Shown here one piece after another: positions 26,330 through 35,384 of a DNA stretch of 55,131 bases. The notes under the pieces were generated by a model. It was given only the letters and a program-made list of their open reading frames with translations, did no database searches and was not told where the DNA came from. The stretch comes from SAR86 cluster bacterium (GTDB lineage Bacteria > Pseudomonadota > Gammaproteobacteria > Magnimaribacterales > D2472), in contig QOPC01000003.1 of assembly GCA_003331545.1 (NCBI GenBank), positions 1 through 55,131 on the forward strand, given 5' to 3'. A program made the translations under genes and the position numbers. Positions within the stretch are counted from its first letter, which is position 1. Every line of letters starts with the position of its first letter.

Positions 26330-27312
26330 AACAACTGCTTTACTCTCCCGGTGAACCTGCAGGAATAGGCATTGATTCAATTTTGTATATATCAAAACAA
26401 AGTTTCTGGGAACAAATTAATGCCCGCCTTGTCTGCATTGCTGATCCAAAACTATTAGAGTCTAGATCAAAGATTCTAAATTTAAAAATTAAATTTAAAG
26501 AGCTGCATAGCATAGGCGAAGCAAAGAAAAATAAAATTGGCATAGTCCAGTTTATTAAAGTGGCTGAGTGTCTAGACTGCTCACCAGGAAAACTCAATCC
26601 AACCAATGCAAAATATGTTATTAAGAATCTTAATTTTGGGATTGAGCAAACCTTAAAAAATAAAAAAATAGGCTTGGTAACAGGTCCAATACATAAAAGT
26701 AATATTATTGAGGGAGGATTTAAAAGTTTTCAGGGTCACACTGAGTGGATAAAAAATAAGACAAAATCAAAGGATGTGGTGATGCTTCTTGCATCAAAAA
26801 AAATCAAAGTTGCTCTTGCAACAACTCATATACCCTTATCTCAAGTACCAAAAAATATAAAGAAATTCAAACTGGTTGAAGTCATAAAAATTTTAGATTC
26901 GAGCCTGAAAATAAATTTTAAAATCAAAAACCCATTAATCAAAGTTCTTGGATTGAATCCTCATGCTGGTGAAAATGGAAAAATTGGCATAGAGGAATCT
27001 TCAAAGATTAATCCAGCCGTAAGCTTATGTAAGCAATTGGGAATAAATGTTTCCTATGCTGTATCAGCTGATACAGCATTTAATGCCGATCAATTAGATG
27101 AAACCGATGCATATCTTGCTATGTATCATGATCAAGCATTGCCAGTTTTAAAAGCTTTAAGTTTTGGAAAAGCAGTAAATATTACGCTGGGTACTCCTAT
27201 AATTAGAACTTCTGTTGATCATGGAACAGCCCTAGAGATTGCGGGTAAAAGAAAACCAAAACTTGGATCTGTTAAAGAAGCTATCAAGCTTGCTGAGATC
27301 CAGCTTAAATGA
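26326..27312 (+). CDS. pdxA: 4-hydroxythreonine-4-phosphate dehydrogenase PdxA
   Basis: 328 aa with a TTG start. GEPAGIG, GHTE, LNPHAGE.G, YHDQ.L, SVDHGTA. Confidence 0.9.
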   Translation: MKQLLYSPGEPAGIGIDSILYISKQSFWEQINARLVCIADPKLLESRSKILNLKIKFKELHSIGEAKKNKIGIVQFIKVAECLDCSPGKLNPTNAKYVIKNLNFGIEQTLKNKKIGLVTGPIHKSNIIEGGFKSFQGHTEWIKNKTKSKDVVMLLASKKIKVALATTHIPLSQVPKNIKKFKLVEVIKILDSSLKINFKIKNPLIKVLGLNPHAGENGKIGIEESSKINPAVSLCKQLGINVSYAVSADTAFNADQLDETDAYLAMYHDQALPVLKALSFGKAVNITLGTPIIRTSVDHGTALEIAGKRKPKLGSVKEAIKLAEIQLK

Positions 27313-28076
27313 ATGACAGAAAACATAGACGTAATTTAGGTCAAAATTACCTCATTGATCCAGTAATTCTATTTGAAATTGAGCGAGCTATTAATCCGCA
27401 AAATAATAATTTATTTTTTGAAATTGGTCCAGGAACTGGAGCTCTTACCGGTCAATTGATGGGACAAAATATAAAAGTTACGGCGATGGATTTGGATAAA
27501 AAGAATGTAGATATGCTCATGGAAAAATATAGTGATGCTAATCATGAATTTTTGCATGGAGATGTATTAAGAGAGTCTTTAGAATTCTTGAGAATATCTA
27601 AACACAGAATAGTTGGCAATCTTCCTTACAATATTTCTACACAAATAGTCCTCAGATTAATTAAATATTTTAATGAAATTGAAGACATGCATTTTCTAGT
27701 GCAGAAAGAAGTGGCTCAAAGAATCTGTGCTTCCAATCAATCAGGTGATTGGGGGCGCCTGGGAGTGAAAGTTGCTGCTTTTTTTAAAACTAGCATTCTA
27801 TTTGATGTACCTCCAGAATCATTCGATATCAAACCAAAAGTGCAGTCATCTTTTATAAGACTGATACCCAGATCAATGCCTTTGATTATGCTTGATGAGT
27901 TGAATAAATTTTCTGATCTAGTAGATCAATCATTTGCTAATAAGCGAAAAGGCATTAAAAATAATCTTAAAAAATTAAACATTGACTTTGAGAAATTGAA
28001 AATAAATCCTCTGGCAAGAGCAGAAGAGTTATCTATTGAGAACTTCATTGCTATTTTTAAAACTATTAGCATTTAA
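27309..28076 (+). CDS. rsmA: 16S rRNA (adenine1518/1519-N6)-dimethyltransferase RsmA (KsgA)
   Basis: 255 aa. LGQNYL.D, EIGPGTGALT, GNLPYNIST, F.P.PKV.S. Confidence 0.92.
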   Translation: MNDRKHRRNLGQNYLIDPVILFEIERAINPQNNNLFFEIGPGTGALTGQLMGQNIKVTAMDLDKKNVDMLMEKYSDANHEFLHGDVLRESLEFLRISKHRIVGNLPYNISTQIVLRLIKYFNEIEDMHFLVQKEVAQRICASNQSGDWGRLGVKVAAFFKTSILFDVPPESFDIKPKVQSSFIRLIPRSMPLIMLDELNKFSDLVDQSFANKRKGIKNNLKKLNIDFEKLKINPLARAEELSIENFIAIFKTISI

Positions 28077-28880
28077 ATGAATACTTTTGTAATAGGCGAT
28101 ATTCATGGAAGTTTCAAACAATTTATAGATCTGCTAAAAAAAATTAATTACAAGCAACATGAAGATAAAATTATATTAGTAGGAGATTTAGTAAATAGAG
28201 GTCCAGAATCTCTTGCGGTATTGAACTATTGCATGGCCGATCCAAACATTACTTCTGTGTTAGGAAATCATGACCTTTATTTGCTACATTTAATGAATAT
28301 TGGAAAGGCTGAAGGAAGCTTAAAAAAAGTAGTCGAAGCTGAAAATAGTGAGGAAATTTTTAAATGGCTGATTAAAAGACCGCTGATGTTAGAAATTTTT
28401 GATCAAGAAACAGATAATACTTTTTTTATTACTCATGCTGGCATTCCTGAGATTTGGTCTCCTAAAAAAGCTATGAAACTGGCTCTAGAAGTTTCTTCAT
28501 TGCTTCAAGATAATCCTGATGACATGCTGAAAAAAATGTGGGGCAATCACCCCGACAAATGGAGTGATGAATTAATTGGATATGATAGATATAGAGTGAT
28601 AATTAACTACCTGACTAGAATGCGTTTTGTCGGAGATGATTGTGTATTAGACCTAAAAAATACATCAAAAGATGCCACCATAGGTTTTAAACCTTGGTTT
28701 CATTATGAATCGAATGCTCATACAAAAAAGAATCAGTATTTTGTATTTGGTCATTGGGCATCTTTAAGTGGAAAAACAAACGATCCATACTTTATTGGAT
28801 TGGATACTGGTTGTGCGTGGAAAGAAAAGCTCACAGCTCTAAGACTCAATGATTTAAAAAAGATCTCGGTGAATTATTAA
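28077..28880 (+). CDS. apaH: bis(5'-nucleosyl)-tetraphosphatase (symmetrical) ApaH
   Basis: 267 aa. FVIGDIHG, LVGDLVNRGP.S, GNHD, GHW. Confidence 0.9.
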   Translation: MNTFVIGDIHGSFKQFIDLLKKINYKQHEDKIILVGDLVNRGPESLAVLNYCMADPNITSVLGNHDLYLLHLMNIGKAEGSLKKVVEAENSEEIFKWLIKRPLMLEIFDQETDNTFFITHAGIPEIWSPKKAMKLALEVSSLLQDNPDDMLKKMWGNHPDKWSDELIGYDRYRVIINYLTRMRFVGDDCVLDLKNTSKDATIGFKPWFHYESNAHTKKNQYFVFGHWASLSGKTNDPYFIGLDTGCAWKEKLTALRLNDLKKISVNY

Positions 28881-28881
28881 G

Positions 28882-29898
28882 ATGGAAGTATTTCAAGTTG
28901 GTGGGTCTGTGAGAGATGAGTTGCTTGGATTTGAATCGCAGGATCGTGATTGGGTGGTGGTGAATTCAAGTCCTGAAGAAATGGAAAAAAAAGGTTTTAA
29001 ACCAATTGGTAAAGATTTTCCAGTATTTTTGCATCCAAAAACAAATGAGGAATATGCCCTTGCAAGAACAGAGAGAAAGTCTGGAGTTGGTTATAAGGGC
29101 TTTGAGTTTTATTTTGACTCTGATGTAACGCTTGAAGAAGATCTCAAGCGAAGAGACTTTACAATTAATTCCATTGCTAAAGATCAAAATGGAAGACTTA
29201 TTGATCCATATAATGGAATAGAAGATTTAGAGAAAAAAATTTTTAGGCATACATCACCTGCTTTTGCAGAAGATCCCCTTCGAGTTCTTAGATTCGCAAG
29301 ATTTAAGTCATATGAGCAATTGCATGAATTTAAGCTGGATAAAGAGACTGCTGTTTTTTTTAAAAAAATTATTAATGCAAATGAATTACAAAACCTCTCA
29401 CCAGAAAGAGTTTGGATGGAAACCAAAAAAGCTCTTCAAAATAAATACAGCGATGAGTTTTTCAAATCAGTAATTGAGTATCAAATAATCAATCCTTGGT
29501 TTAAAAATCTAAAGAGAGTTTCTTGTGATGGTGAGTTACCAGAACTTAAATGGTGTGATTTGCAAAGAGTTAATGATTTTAAACTTTTTGAATTAATGCC
29601 AATTCCAAATTCATTCATGGCAACACAAAAAATTTTTAAACAAATTCTGGATCTTGTCGAAAGCAAAAATATAAAATACAAGCTTAGACTAATTGAAAAA
29701 ATAAATGTGCATCGAAATTATGAAATTTTGCTTGGCATTAAAAGATACAAGTGCCTTCAAGAACATAAATATTATTTAGAGCAAATATTAGAATCAGTCA
29801 TGGCGATTAATTTTTCTTCTCTAAAAAAATTTCATGCATCTGAAGTTTCAGATAAAAAACAATTGCTTTATCATGAAGCCTTAAATGGTATCTTATGA
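28882..29898 (+). CDS. cca: class II tRNA nucleotidyltransferase (CCA-adding enzyme), short form without recognisable HD domain
   Basis: 338 aa. The head motifs are intact: GGSVRD, DRDWVV, FPVFLHP...EYALARTERK, RRDFTIN, EDPLRVLR. The C-terminal 130 aa has no H...HD signature. Confidence 0.85.
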   Translation: MEVFQVGGSVRDELLGFESQDRDWVVVNSSPEEMEKKGFKPIGKDFPVFLHPKTNEEYALARTERKSGVGYKGFEFYFDSDVTLEEDLKRRDFTINSIAKDQNGRLIDPYNGIEDLEKKIFRHTSPAFAEDPLRVLRFARFKSYEQLHEFKLDKETAVFFKKIINANELQNLSPERVWMETKKALQNKYSDEFFKSVIEYQIINPWFKNLKRVSCDGELPELKWCDLQRVNDFKLFELMPIPNSFMATQKIFKQILDLVESKNIKYKLRLIEKINVHRNYEILLGIKRYKCLQEHKYYLEQILESVMAINFSSLKKFHASEVSDKKQLLYHEALNGIL

Positions 29899-30620
29899 AT
29901 AAAACAATTCTAATTACTGGTGCTGCCAAAAGAATAGGCAGAGAGATGGCCAAAGCATTCTTTGACAAAGGTTGGGATATAGTCATCCATTTTAATAATT
30001 CAATTGAAGATGCTCAGTCTTTAGCCGATCAAATGAACGCACAAAGAAGCAATAGCGCTTTAATTATTCAGGCAAACCTTGATCATGCTAAAGATATAGA
30101 AAAACTTGCGGATCTAGCTCTATCAAAAAATGGTCGTATTGATGCATTAATTAATAATGCATCAACATTTTATCCAACTCCAGTAGGGACTTTTTCAGAA
30201 GCTAATTGGGAAGCTCTGATGGGAAGTAATTTAAAAGCTCCTCTTTTCTTAATTCAAGCATTCTGCGAAGAGCTCAAAAAAAATAACGGTTTCATTATCA
30301 ATGTTACTGATATTAACGTTGATAAAGCTCTTATAAACCATTCAATTTATCTTGCTGCAAAATCTGGACTTCAAACTCTCACAAGAGCTCTTGCTAAAGA
30401 GCTAGCTCCAGACATTAGGGTTAATGCAATTGCACCAGGTGCTATTCTTGAACCGCCCAATGTAGAGTGGACAAGTGAGCAAAAAAATAAAATTATTAAT
30501 TCCGTACCCATGGCGAGAATGGGAACCGAAAAAGATATTGTGGATGCAGCTATTTATCTATCAGAAGCAGAATATGTAACAGGCCAAATATTAAATATTG
30601 ATGGAGGTAAGTCTCTTTAA
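29895..30620 (+). CDS. SDR-family pteridine reductase-like protein (FolM/PTR1-like)
   Basis: 241 aa. ILITGAAKRIGREMA, NNAS, Y..AK, and the C-terminal ITGQILNIDGG typical of pteridine reductase-like SDRs. Confidence 0.65.
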   Translation: MNKTILITGAAKRIGREMAKAFFDKGWDIVIHFNNSIEDAQSLADQMNAQRSNSALIIQANLDHAKDIEKLADLALSKNGRIDALINNASTFYPTPVGTFSEANWEALMGSNLKAPLFLIQAFCEELKKNNGFIINVTDINVDKALINHSIYLAAKSGLQTLTRALAKELAPDIRVNAIAPGAILEPPNVEWTSEQKNKIINSVPMARMGTEKDIVDAAIYLSEAEYVTGQILNIDGGKSL

Positions 30621-31693
30621 TGAGTGATGTCAGTGCAAATAATCCTGATGGTAATGAGATTTTTGCAGGTACAAAAGAGGTCGCTGATAATCTTAAATTT
30701 AATGAAACAGCCCTTAGAGAGTGGATTGGAGATAATATTTCATCAGCTGGAGAGATAACTAAAATAGTTCAATTTAAAGGTGGGCAATCTAATCCAACAT
30801 ATAAAATCACAACTGCAAATAAAGAATTTGTTCTGCGCAGAAAGCCTCCTGGAATTTTATTACCATCCGCTCATGCAGTAGAGCGAGAATATAAGGTAAT
30901 TACAGCACTTCAAGGCACCGGAGTGCCAGTTCCTAAAACGTACGGTTTGTGTGAAGATGCAGACGTTATTGGCACTTCTTTTTTTGTAATGGATTTCCTT
31001 GACGGAAACATCTATTGGGATCTTTTATTATCAGATAAATCTCCCCAGCAAAGAAGGGAAATTTACGCCAGCAAAAATAAAGTCATTGCGGAATTACACA
31101 AAGTAAATTACGAATCAGTTGGATTGACTGATTATGGTAAGCCTGGAAACTATATTGCAAGACAAGTTTCAAGATGGACAAAGCAATATTTAGCTTCAGA
31201 AACAGAAAATATTCCTGCAATGAATAACTTAATTGATTGGCTGCCACCAAATATCCCTGATGAAGATGAAACAACAATTGTGCATGGAGACTATAGACTC
31301 GATAACATGGTTTTTAACTCGTCTCATAATGTTATGGGTGTTCTTGATTGGGAGCTTTCAACACTTGGTCACCCTATTGCTGACTTTAATTATCATTGCA
31401 TCAGTTGGAGAAATATTCCTCAATTAGCTGATCAAAAATTCTGCAATGAGCATGGCATACCAACCGAAGAAGAATACAGAAATATGTATTCTGAACACAC
31501 GAATAAAAAACTGGATGATCACTGGGAGTTTTACACTATATTTAATATTTTTAAACTAGCAGGAATTTTACAAGGCATTATGGGCAGGGTCAGAGATGGT
31601 ACAGCGGCAAGCAAACATGCTGAAGATCGAGGCAATCAAGTGGCTCCATTAGCTGAAGCAGCATGGGACTTGGTGGAAAAAAACTATAAATAA
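30620..31693 (+). CDS. phosphotransferase family protein (APH fold, ACAD10/11 N-domain-like)
   Basis: 357 aa. GGQSNPTY, VLRRKPPG, HGDYRLDN, LDWELS. Confidence 0.75.
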   Translation: MSDVSANNPDGNEIFAGTKEVADNLKFNETALREWIGDNISSAGEITKIVQFKGGQSNPTYKITTANKEFVLRRKPPGILLPSAHAVEREYKVITALQGTGVPVPKTYGLCEDADVIGTSFFVMDFLDGNIYWDLLLSDKSPQQRREIYASKNKVIAELHKVNYESVGLTDYGKPGNYIARQVSRWTKQYLASETENIPAMNNLIDWLPPNIPDEDETTIVHGDYRLDNMVFNSSHNVMGVLDWELSTLGHPIADFNYHCISWRNIPQLADQKFCNEHGIPTEEEYRNMYSEHTNKKLDDHWEFYTIFNIFKLAGILQGIMGRVRDGTAASKHAEDRGNQVAPLAEAAWDLVEKNYK

Positions 31694-31695
31694 AT

Positions 31696-32073
31696 TTAGA
31701 GCAATTCTTTTAAAGGGTCTGAAACAAAAGTATATTTGATTATTTCATCGCTTTCATAAAGTATTTCTTCATCGTCGCTTATTTGTAAGACTATGTCGAT
31801 ATCAAGGGTTCTTGCAGAAAACTTAGGAGCTTTTCTATTGCGCCCAGTCTCATCTTCGATATCCTTCAATTTTTTGTTTAAAACTTCAAATGGTAAAGAG
31901 CAAGTTCCACAAAAAACTAAGTTTAAGAAATCCTCGCCATCAAAGCCTTCTGCTTTAGTTTGATGGATCGAAGAGCACTCTACTTCAGAAAAGAGTATTT
32001 TTAATGCTGTAATGGCTTTATCCAAATTTAACTTTGGATCTATGTTGCTTCCAAGTGAAAGATAATATTTCAT
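31696..32073 (-). CDS. folK: HPPK (FolK)-like protein, short and divergent
   Basis: 125 aa. YLSLGSNI, FLNLV and GR.R......RTLDIDI match 6-hydroxymethyl-dihydropterin pyrophosphokinase. The C-terminal PH...R ATP-binding segment is not recognisable. Confidence 0.6.
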   Translation of the reverse strand: MKYYLSLGSNIDPKLNLDKAITALKILFSEVECSSIHQTKAEGFDGEDFLNLVFCGTCSLPFEVLNKKLKDIEDETGRNRKAPKFSARTLDIDIVLQISDDEEILYESDEIIKYTFVSDPLKELL

Positions 32074-32420
32074 TATCTGTGAATGATAACCCCAACGTCT
32101 TCAGCATGTCGCAGCGCACCTGGCTTGGAGACTCTAAGTTTTATTGAAGATATATTAAATTCATCCTTTACAAGAGAAGCTATGCTTTCAGCTAAAGTTT
32201 CTTGAAGCTGGAATGAGGATTCTTCAACAAACTTTATAATTCTTTTGGTGATTTTCTTGTAGTCAACGGTATCTTCAATAGAATCTGATTTTGCAGCCTG
32301 CTTGCAATCAAAGGACATCTCAAGATCAATACTCACTTCCTGACGAACCTCTCTCTCCCATCCAAATATTCCAATTATTGCCTGAACTCTTAAATCTTTT
32401 ATATAAATAATGTCTTGCAT
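32073..32420 (-). CDS. folB: dihydroneopterin aldolase FolB
   Basis: 115 aa. I.IKDLRV.AIIG...WER...Q.V.IDLE...D...AA.SD...DTVDY. Confidence 0.85.
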   Translation of the reverse strand: MQDIIYIKDLRVQAIIGIFGWEREVRQEVSIDLEMSFDCKQAAKSDSIEDTVDYKKITKRIIKFVEESSFQLQETLAESIASLVKDEFNISSIKLRVSKPGALRHAEDVGVIIHR

Positions 32421-32421
32421 T

Positions 32422-33420
32422 TTATTCTTTTCCTAGTGGCCAGCGAGGTCTAGCGAAGGAGCTTAACCTAAAAGAAGCTTCATCTGCTTTAAGACTTCCT
32501 AGGTATGCAATCATGGCTGCATTATCTGTGCAATGAGCTATCGGTGGATATAAAACTTTAATATCTAATGCTTGCTGCAGAGTTGAGATTTTTTGTCTCA
32601 ATAGTTTGTTTGCTGCTACACCACCAGCTAAAACAATTCCTTTTCTGCCAGTATCTTCAAGTGCTTTAGCTATTTTTTTAATTAGTACTTCTGTAGCAGC
32701 ATACTGAAATGATGCAGCAATATCTGACTGAACAGTTTCATTGATCTCATCTAAATCCTGCACTGCATAAAGCACAGCTGTTTTTAAGCCACTAAAACTA
32801 AAATCATAATTGTTGCTGTGAAGCATGGGTTGAGGAAATTTAAATTTCTTAGGATCACCTTTTTTAGCCATCTTCTCAATTTCAGGGCCACCTGGGTAAC
32901 CCAAGCCAATAAGCTTCGCGACTTTGTCAAAGGCTTCTCCGACTGCATCATCTCTGGACTGACCAAGAATTTCATAATTGTTTAATCCTTTTACATCAAT
33001 AATTAATGAGTGACCTCCAGATACTAGAAGCGTTAAAAAAGGAAAATCTAACTTATCTCCACTTAAGAATGGAGCCATCAAATGTCCCTCAAGATGATTT
33101 ACGGGAATTAATGGTTTTTTTAAAGCTACAGCTAAACCTTGAGCAAAATTTTCACCAATCAACAATGTGCCTAATAAGCCAGGGCCTGCCGTATAAGCGA
33201 TTTGATCAATTTTACTTGAACTTATATCTCCTAATGCTTTTTGAAAAATGTGTATTATTTTTTGACAATGGTCTCTTGAAGCTAGCTCAGGTATAACGCC
33301 GCCATATTCTGAGTGAAGTTCTATTTGTGAAAAAACTGCCTCGCCCACTAAGCCTTTTGAGGAATCAAAAAGTGCTACAGCTGTTTCATCACAAGATGTT
33401 TCAATACCTAGTGTAATCAT
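32422..33420 (-). CDS. tsaD: tRNA N6-adenosine threonylcarbamoyltransferase TsaD
   Basis: 332 aa. LGIETSCDET, HLEGH, VSGGHS, GGVAAN, CTDNAAMIA. It is divergent from rpsU, as in most gammaproteobacteria. Confidence 0.95.
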   Translation of the reverse strand: MITLGIETSCDETAVALFDSSKGLVGEAVFSQIELHSEYGGVIPELASRDHCQKIIHIFQKALGDISSSKIDQIAYTAGPGLLGTLLIGENFAQGLAVALKKPLIPVNHLEGHLMAPFLSGDKLDFPFLTLLVSGGHSLIIDVKGLNNYEILGQSRDDAVGEAFDKVAKLIGLGYPGGPEIEKMAKKGDPKKFKFPQPMLHSNNYDFSFSGLKTAVLYAVQDLDEINETVQSDIAASFQYAATEVLIKKIAKALEDTGRKGIVLAGGVAANKLLRQKISTLQQALDIKVLYPPIAHCTDNAAMIAYLGSLKADEASFRLSSFARPRWPLGKE

Positions 33421-33470
33421 AAAAAAGTTTTTGCATTCGCTCTATAAAAAGAATAAACTACCCAACAATT

Positions 33471-33689
33471 ATGCCTTCAATAATAATAAAAGACACTGAA
33501 TACTTCGACGTTGGGCTTAGAAAATTTAAGCGAGCTTGTGAGAAAGCTGCAATAGTTCCTGAGATTCGTGCCAGAGAGTTTTACGAAAAACCTACGGCAG
33601 TAAGAAAGCGCAAAATGGCTGCAGCTGTTAAGCGTGCTCACAAAACAAATAGAAAGTTTAGCTTCTCAAGACAAAGATCATATCGCTAG
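33471..33689 (+). CDS. rpsU: 30S ribosomal protein S21
   Basis: 72 aa. [21 protein letters not shown]....[13 protein letters not shown]. Confidence 0.95.
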   Translation: MPSIIIKDTEYFDVGLRKFKRACEKAAIVPEIRAREFYEKPTAVRKRKMAAAVKRAHKTNRKFSFSRQRSYR

Positions 33690-33690
33690 T

Positions 33691-34134
33691 TTGTCTCTTC
33701 TAGACACAATTAATAACGACCTCAAAGCAGCCATGCTGAGCAAAGATGTAGTAACACGAGATACTCTTCGTATGCTTATTTCTGACATCAAACGATTTGA
33801 GATTGATGAAAGAATTGAAGCTGATGATGTAAAAATTTCTAATCTAATAAATAAGAATGTAAAACAACGAAGAGACTCCATAGAACAGTTCAAAAATGGA
33901 AACAGAGACGATCTTGTAGCTACGGAAGAAGAGCAACTCAATGTCATCTTAAAATACTTACCAAAACAATTGTCAGAGCAAGAAATTCAAGAGCTTATCC
34001 AAGAAGGTATTGCTTCTGTTTCAGCAAAAAGCATGCAAGATATGGGCAAGTTAATGGGACATCTTAAGCCTAAATTTGAAGGCAAGGCTGACATGTCAAT
34101 TGTTAGTAAGCTTGTAAAAGAGCTATTGGGCTAA
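33691..34134 (+). CDS. GatB/YqeY domain protein
   Basis: LLDTINNDLKAAMLSKD...RDTLRML.SDIK...KQRRDSIEQF..GNR.DL...EE.QL.V...YLP.QLSE.E. A TTG start at 33691, directly after the rpsU stop, is preferred over ATG 33634, which lies inside rpsU. Confidence 0.85.
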   Translation: MSLLDTINNDLKAAMLSKDVVTRDTLRMLISDIKRFEIDERIEADDVKISNLINKNVKQRRDSIEQFKNGNRDDLVATEEEQLNVILKYLPKQLSEQEIQELIQEGIASVSAKSMQDMGKLMGHLKPKFEGKADMSIVSKLVKELLG

Positions 34135-34141
34135 ATAGAAC

Positions 34142-35383
34142 TTAATGTTTATATGACGAGGGTTTATCCTCTTTGTTTGTGTACCTCTCAGTTAATTTAG
34201 AGGACCTTGAAGTTAAATCTTGAAGTTTCCCCTCAATCATTACAATTTTTGGGAAAGATGCAGGCTCTAACGGGTCTCCATCCCACACGATAACATCTGC
34301 TAATTTTCCAGCCTCAATTGAGCCCCTATTATCAAGTTGGAAAGTTTCAGCAACAGTCTTTGTCATTCCCTTTATTGCTGTTTCATAGGTCATTCCATGA
34401 GCAACAGCATTTCCTGACCCTTGCCTCATCAAATGATAATTATGACTCCTTTGAGTGCTGAACATTATAGGGATACCTGCCTGATCAAGAATCTTCCCAA
34501 GACTTAAACTTGAACCAAGTTCATCAAATGAGTTGGGTATGTTATCCATAGGGTCAATGATTACAGGTGTGTTACTTTCTTTGAGTTTATCTAAAACCAT
34601 TGGTGCCTCTTCCACGCTGACTAGTACTAGATTTAGATCAAACTTTTTCTTCATGGCTAACGCTTGCAAGATATCAACCGCTCTATTAGTTTCTAAAACA
34701 AATGGCATGCCATCATTAACCACTTTGCCTAATGCAATAATGTCTTGTGATTGAAGCTCTAGCTGATCTGATAAGCTCATTTCTAAAATCTCTTCAACTG
34801 CCAAGCTATTGAGCATTCTTCCTATTTCTAGAAGTGATTCAAGGATTGCAAGAGATTCAGCACGAGACCCATAGGAAGCACCTAATCTTCCAAACATGGC
34901 GATATCTTTTGAACCTTTGATATCAAGGCTTCCATCTAAAATAAAATGAGAACCCAATCCAAAAACTGGAAAGGATGATCCGCTTGGTGTGCTAATTGCA
35001 CTGGTGACTCCATTGCTTCTATTCCAAGGAATCAAAGTTGAATGAGGATTAAATGCATTAAAGATACTAAAGCCTGCACTTAAAAGATCTGACTCATCAT
35101 CCTTAGTAACATCTAAAGCATTAATCTCAACAATGCCCAAATTGCTCATGGGAGAGATTAAGCCGGGAGTTACTGGCAATCCATTTACTTCGATAACTCT
35201 TGTATTTCCATCAATAATTAAATTATTGCCTACACCAACAATGACATTATCAGAGATTAGAATATCTTGAATTTTTCCAACTTCTCCATTTCCTGAGTGA
35301 ACTAATCCAGCCTTCAATAAGATTGTTTCTGCAGAGACATGAAATGTCAGAAGTAAGAATAAGGTTATCAAAAATCTTTTCAT
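34142..35383 (-). CDS. exported amidohydrolase-superfamily protein with degenerate metal-binding motifs
   Basis: 413 aa with a signal peptide. The overall layout is that of an amidohydrolase (N-terminal beta-sandwich, C-terminal GSIEAGKLADVIVWDGDP). The HxH position reads PGLISPMSNLG and the distal H/D motifs are absent. Confidence 0.7.
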   Translation of the reverse strand: MKRFLITLFLLLTFHVSAETILLKAGLVHSGNGEVGKIQDILISDNVIVGVGNNLIIDGNTRVIEVNGLPVTPGLISPMSNLGIVEINALDVTKDDESDLLSAGFSIFNAFNPHSTLIPWNRSNGVTSAISTPSGSSFPVFGLGSHFILDGSLDIKGSKDIAMFGRLGASYGSRAESLAILESLLEIGRMLNSLAVEEILEMSLSDQLELQSQDIIALGKVVNDGMPFVLETNRAVDILQALAMKKKFDLNLVLVSVEEAPMVLDKLKESNTPVIIDPMDNIPNSFDELGSSLSLGKILDQAGIPIMFSTQRSHNYHLMRQGSGNAVAHGMTYETAIKGMTKTVAETFQLDNRGSIEAGKLADVIVWDGDPLEPASFPKIVMIEGKLQDLTSRSSKLTERYTNKEDKPSSYKH

Positions 35384-35384
35384 G

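Noticed and set aside
33634-33690. ATG 33634 as the start of the YqeY-like gene (56-nt overlap with rpsU)
   Set aside because: The homologous region starts at LLDTINNDLK. An in-frame TTG at 33691, directly after the rpsU stop, gives the normal protein length.
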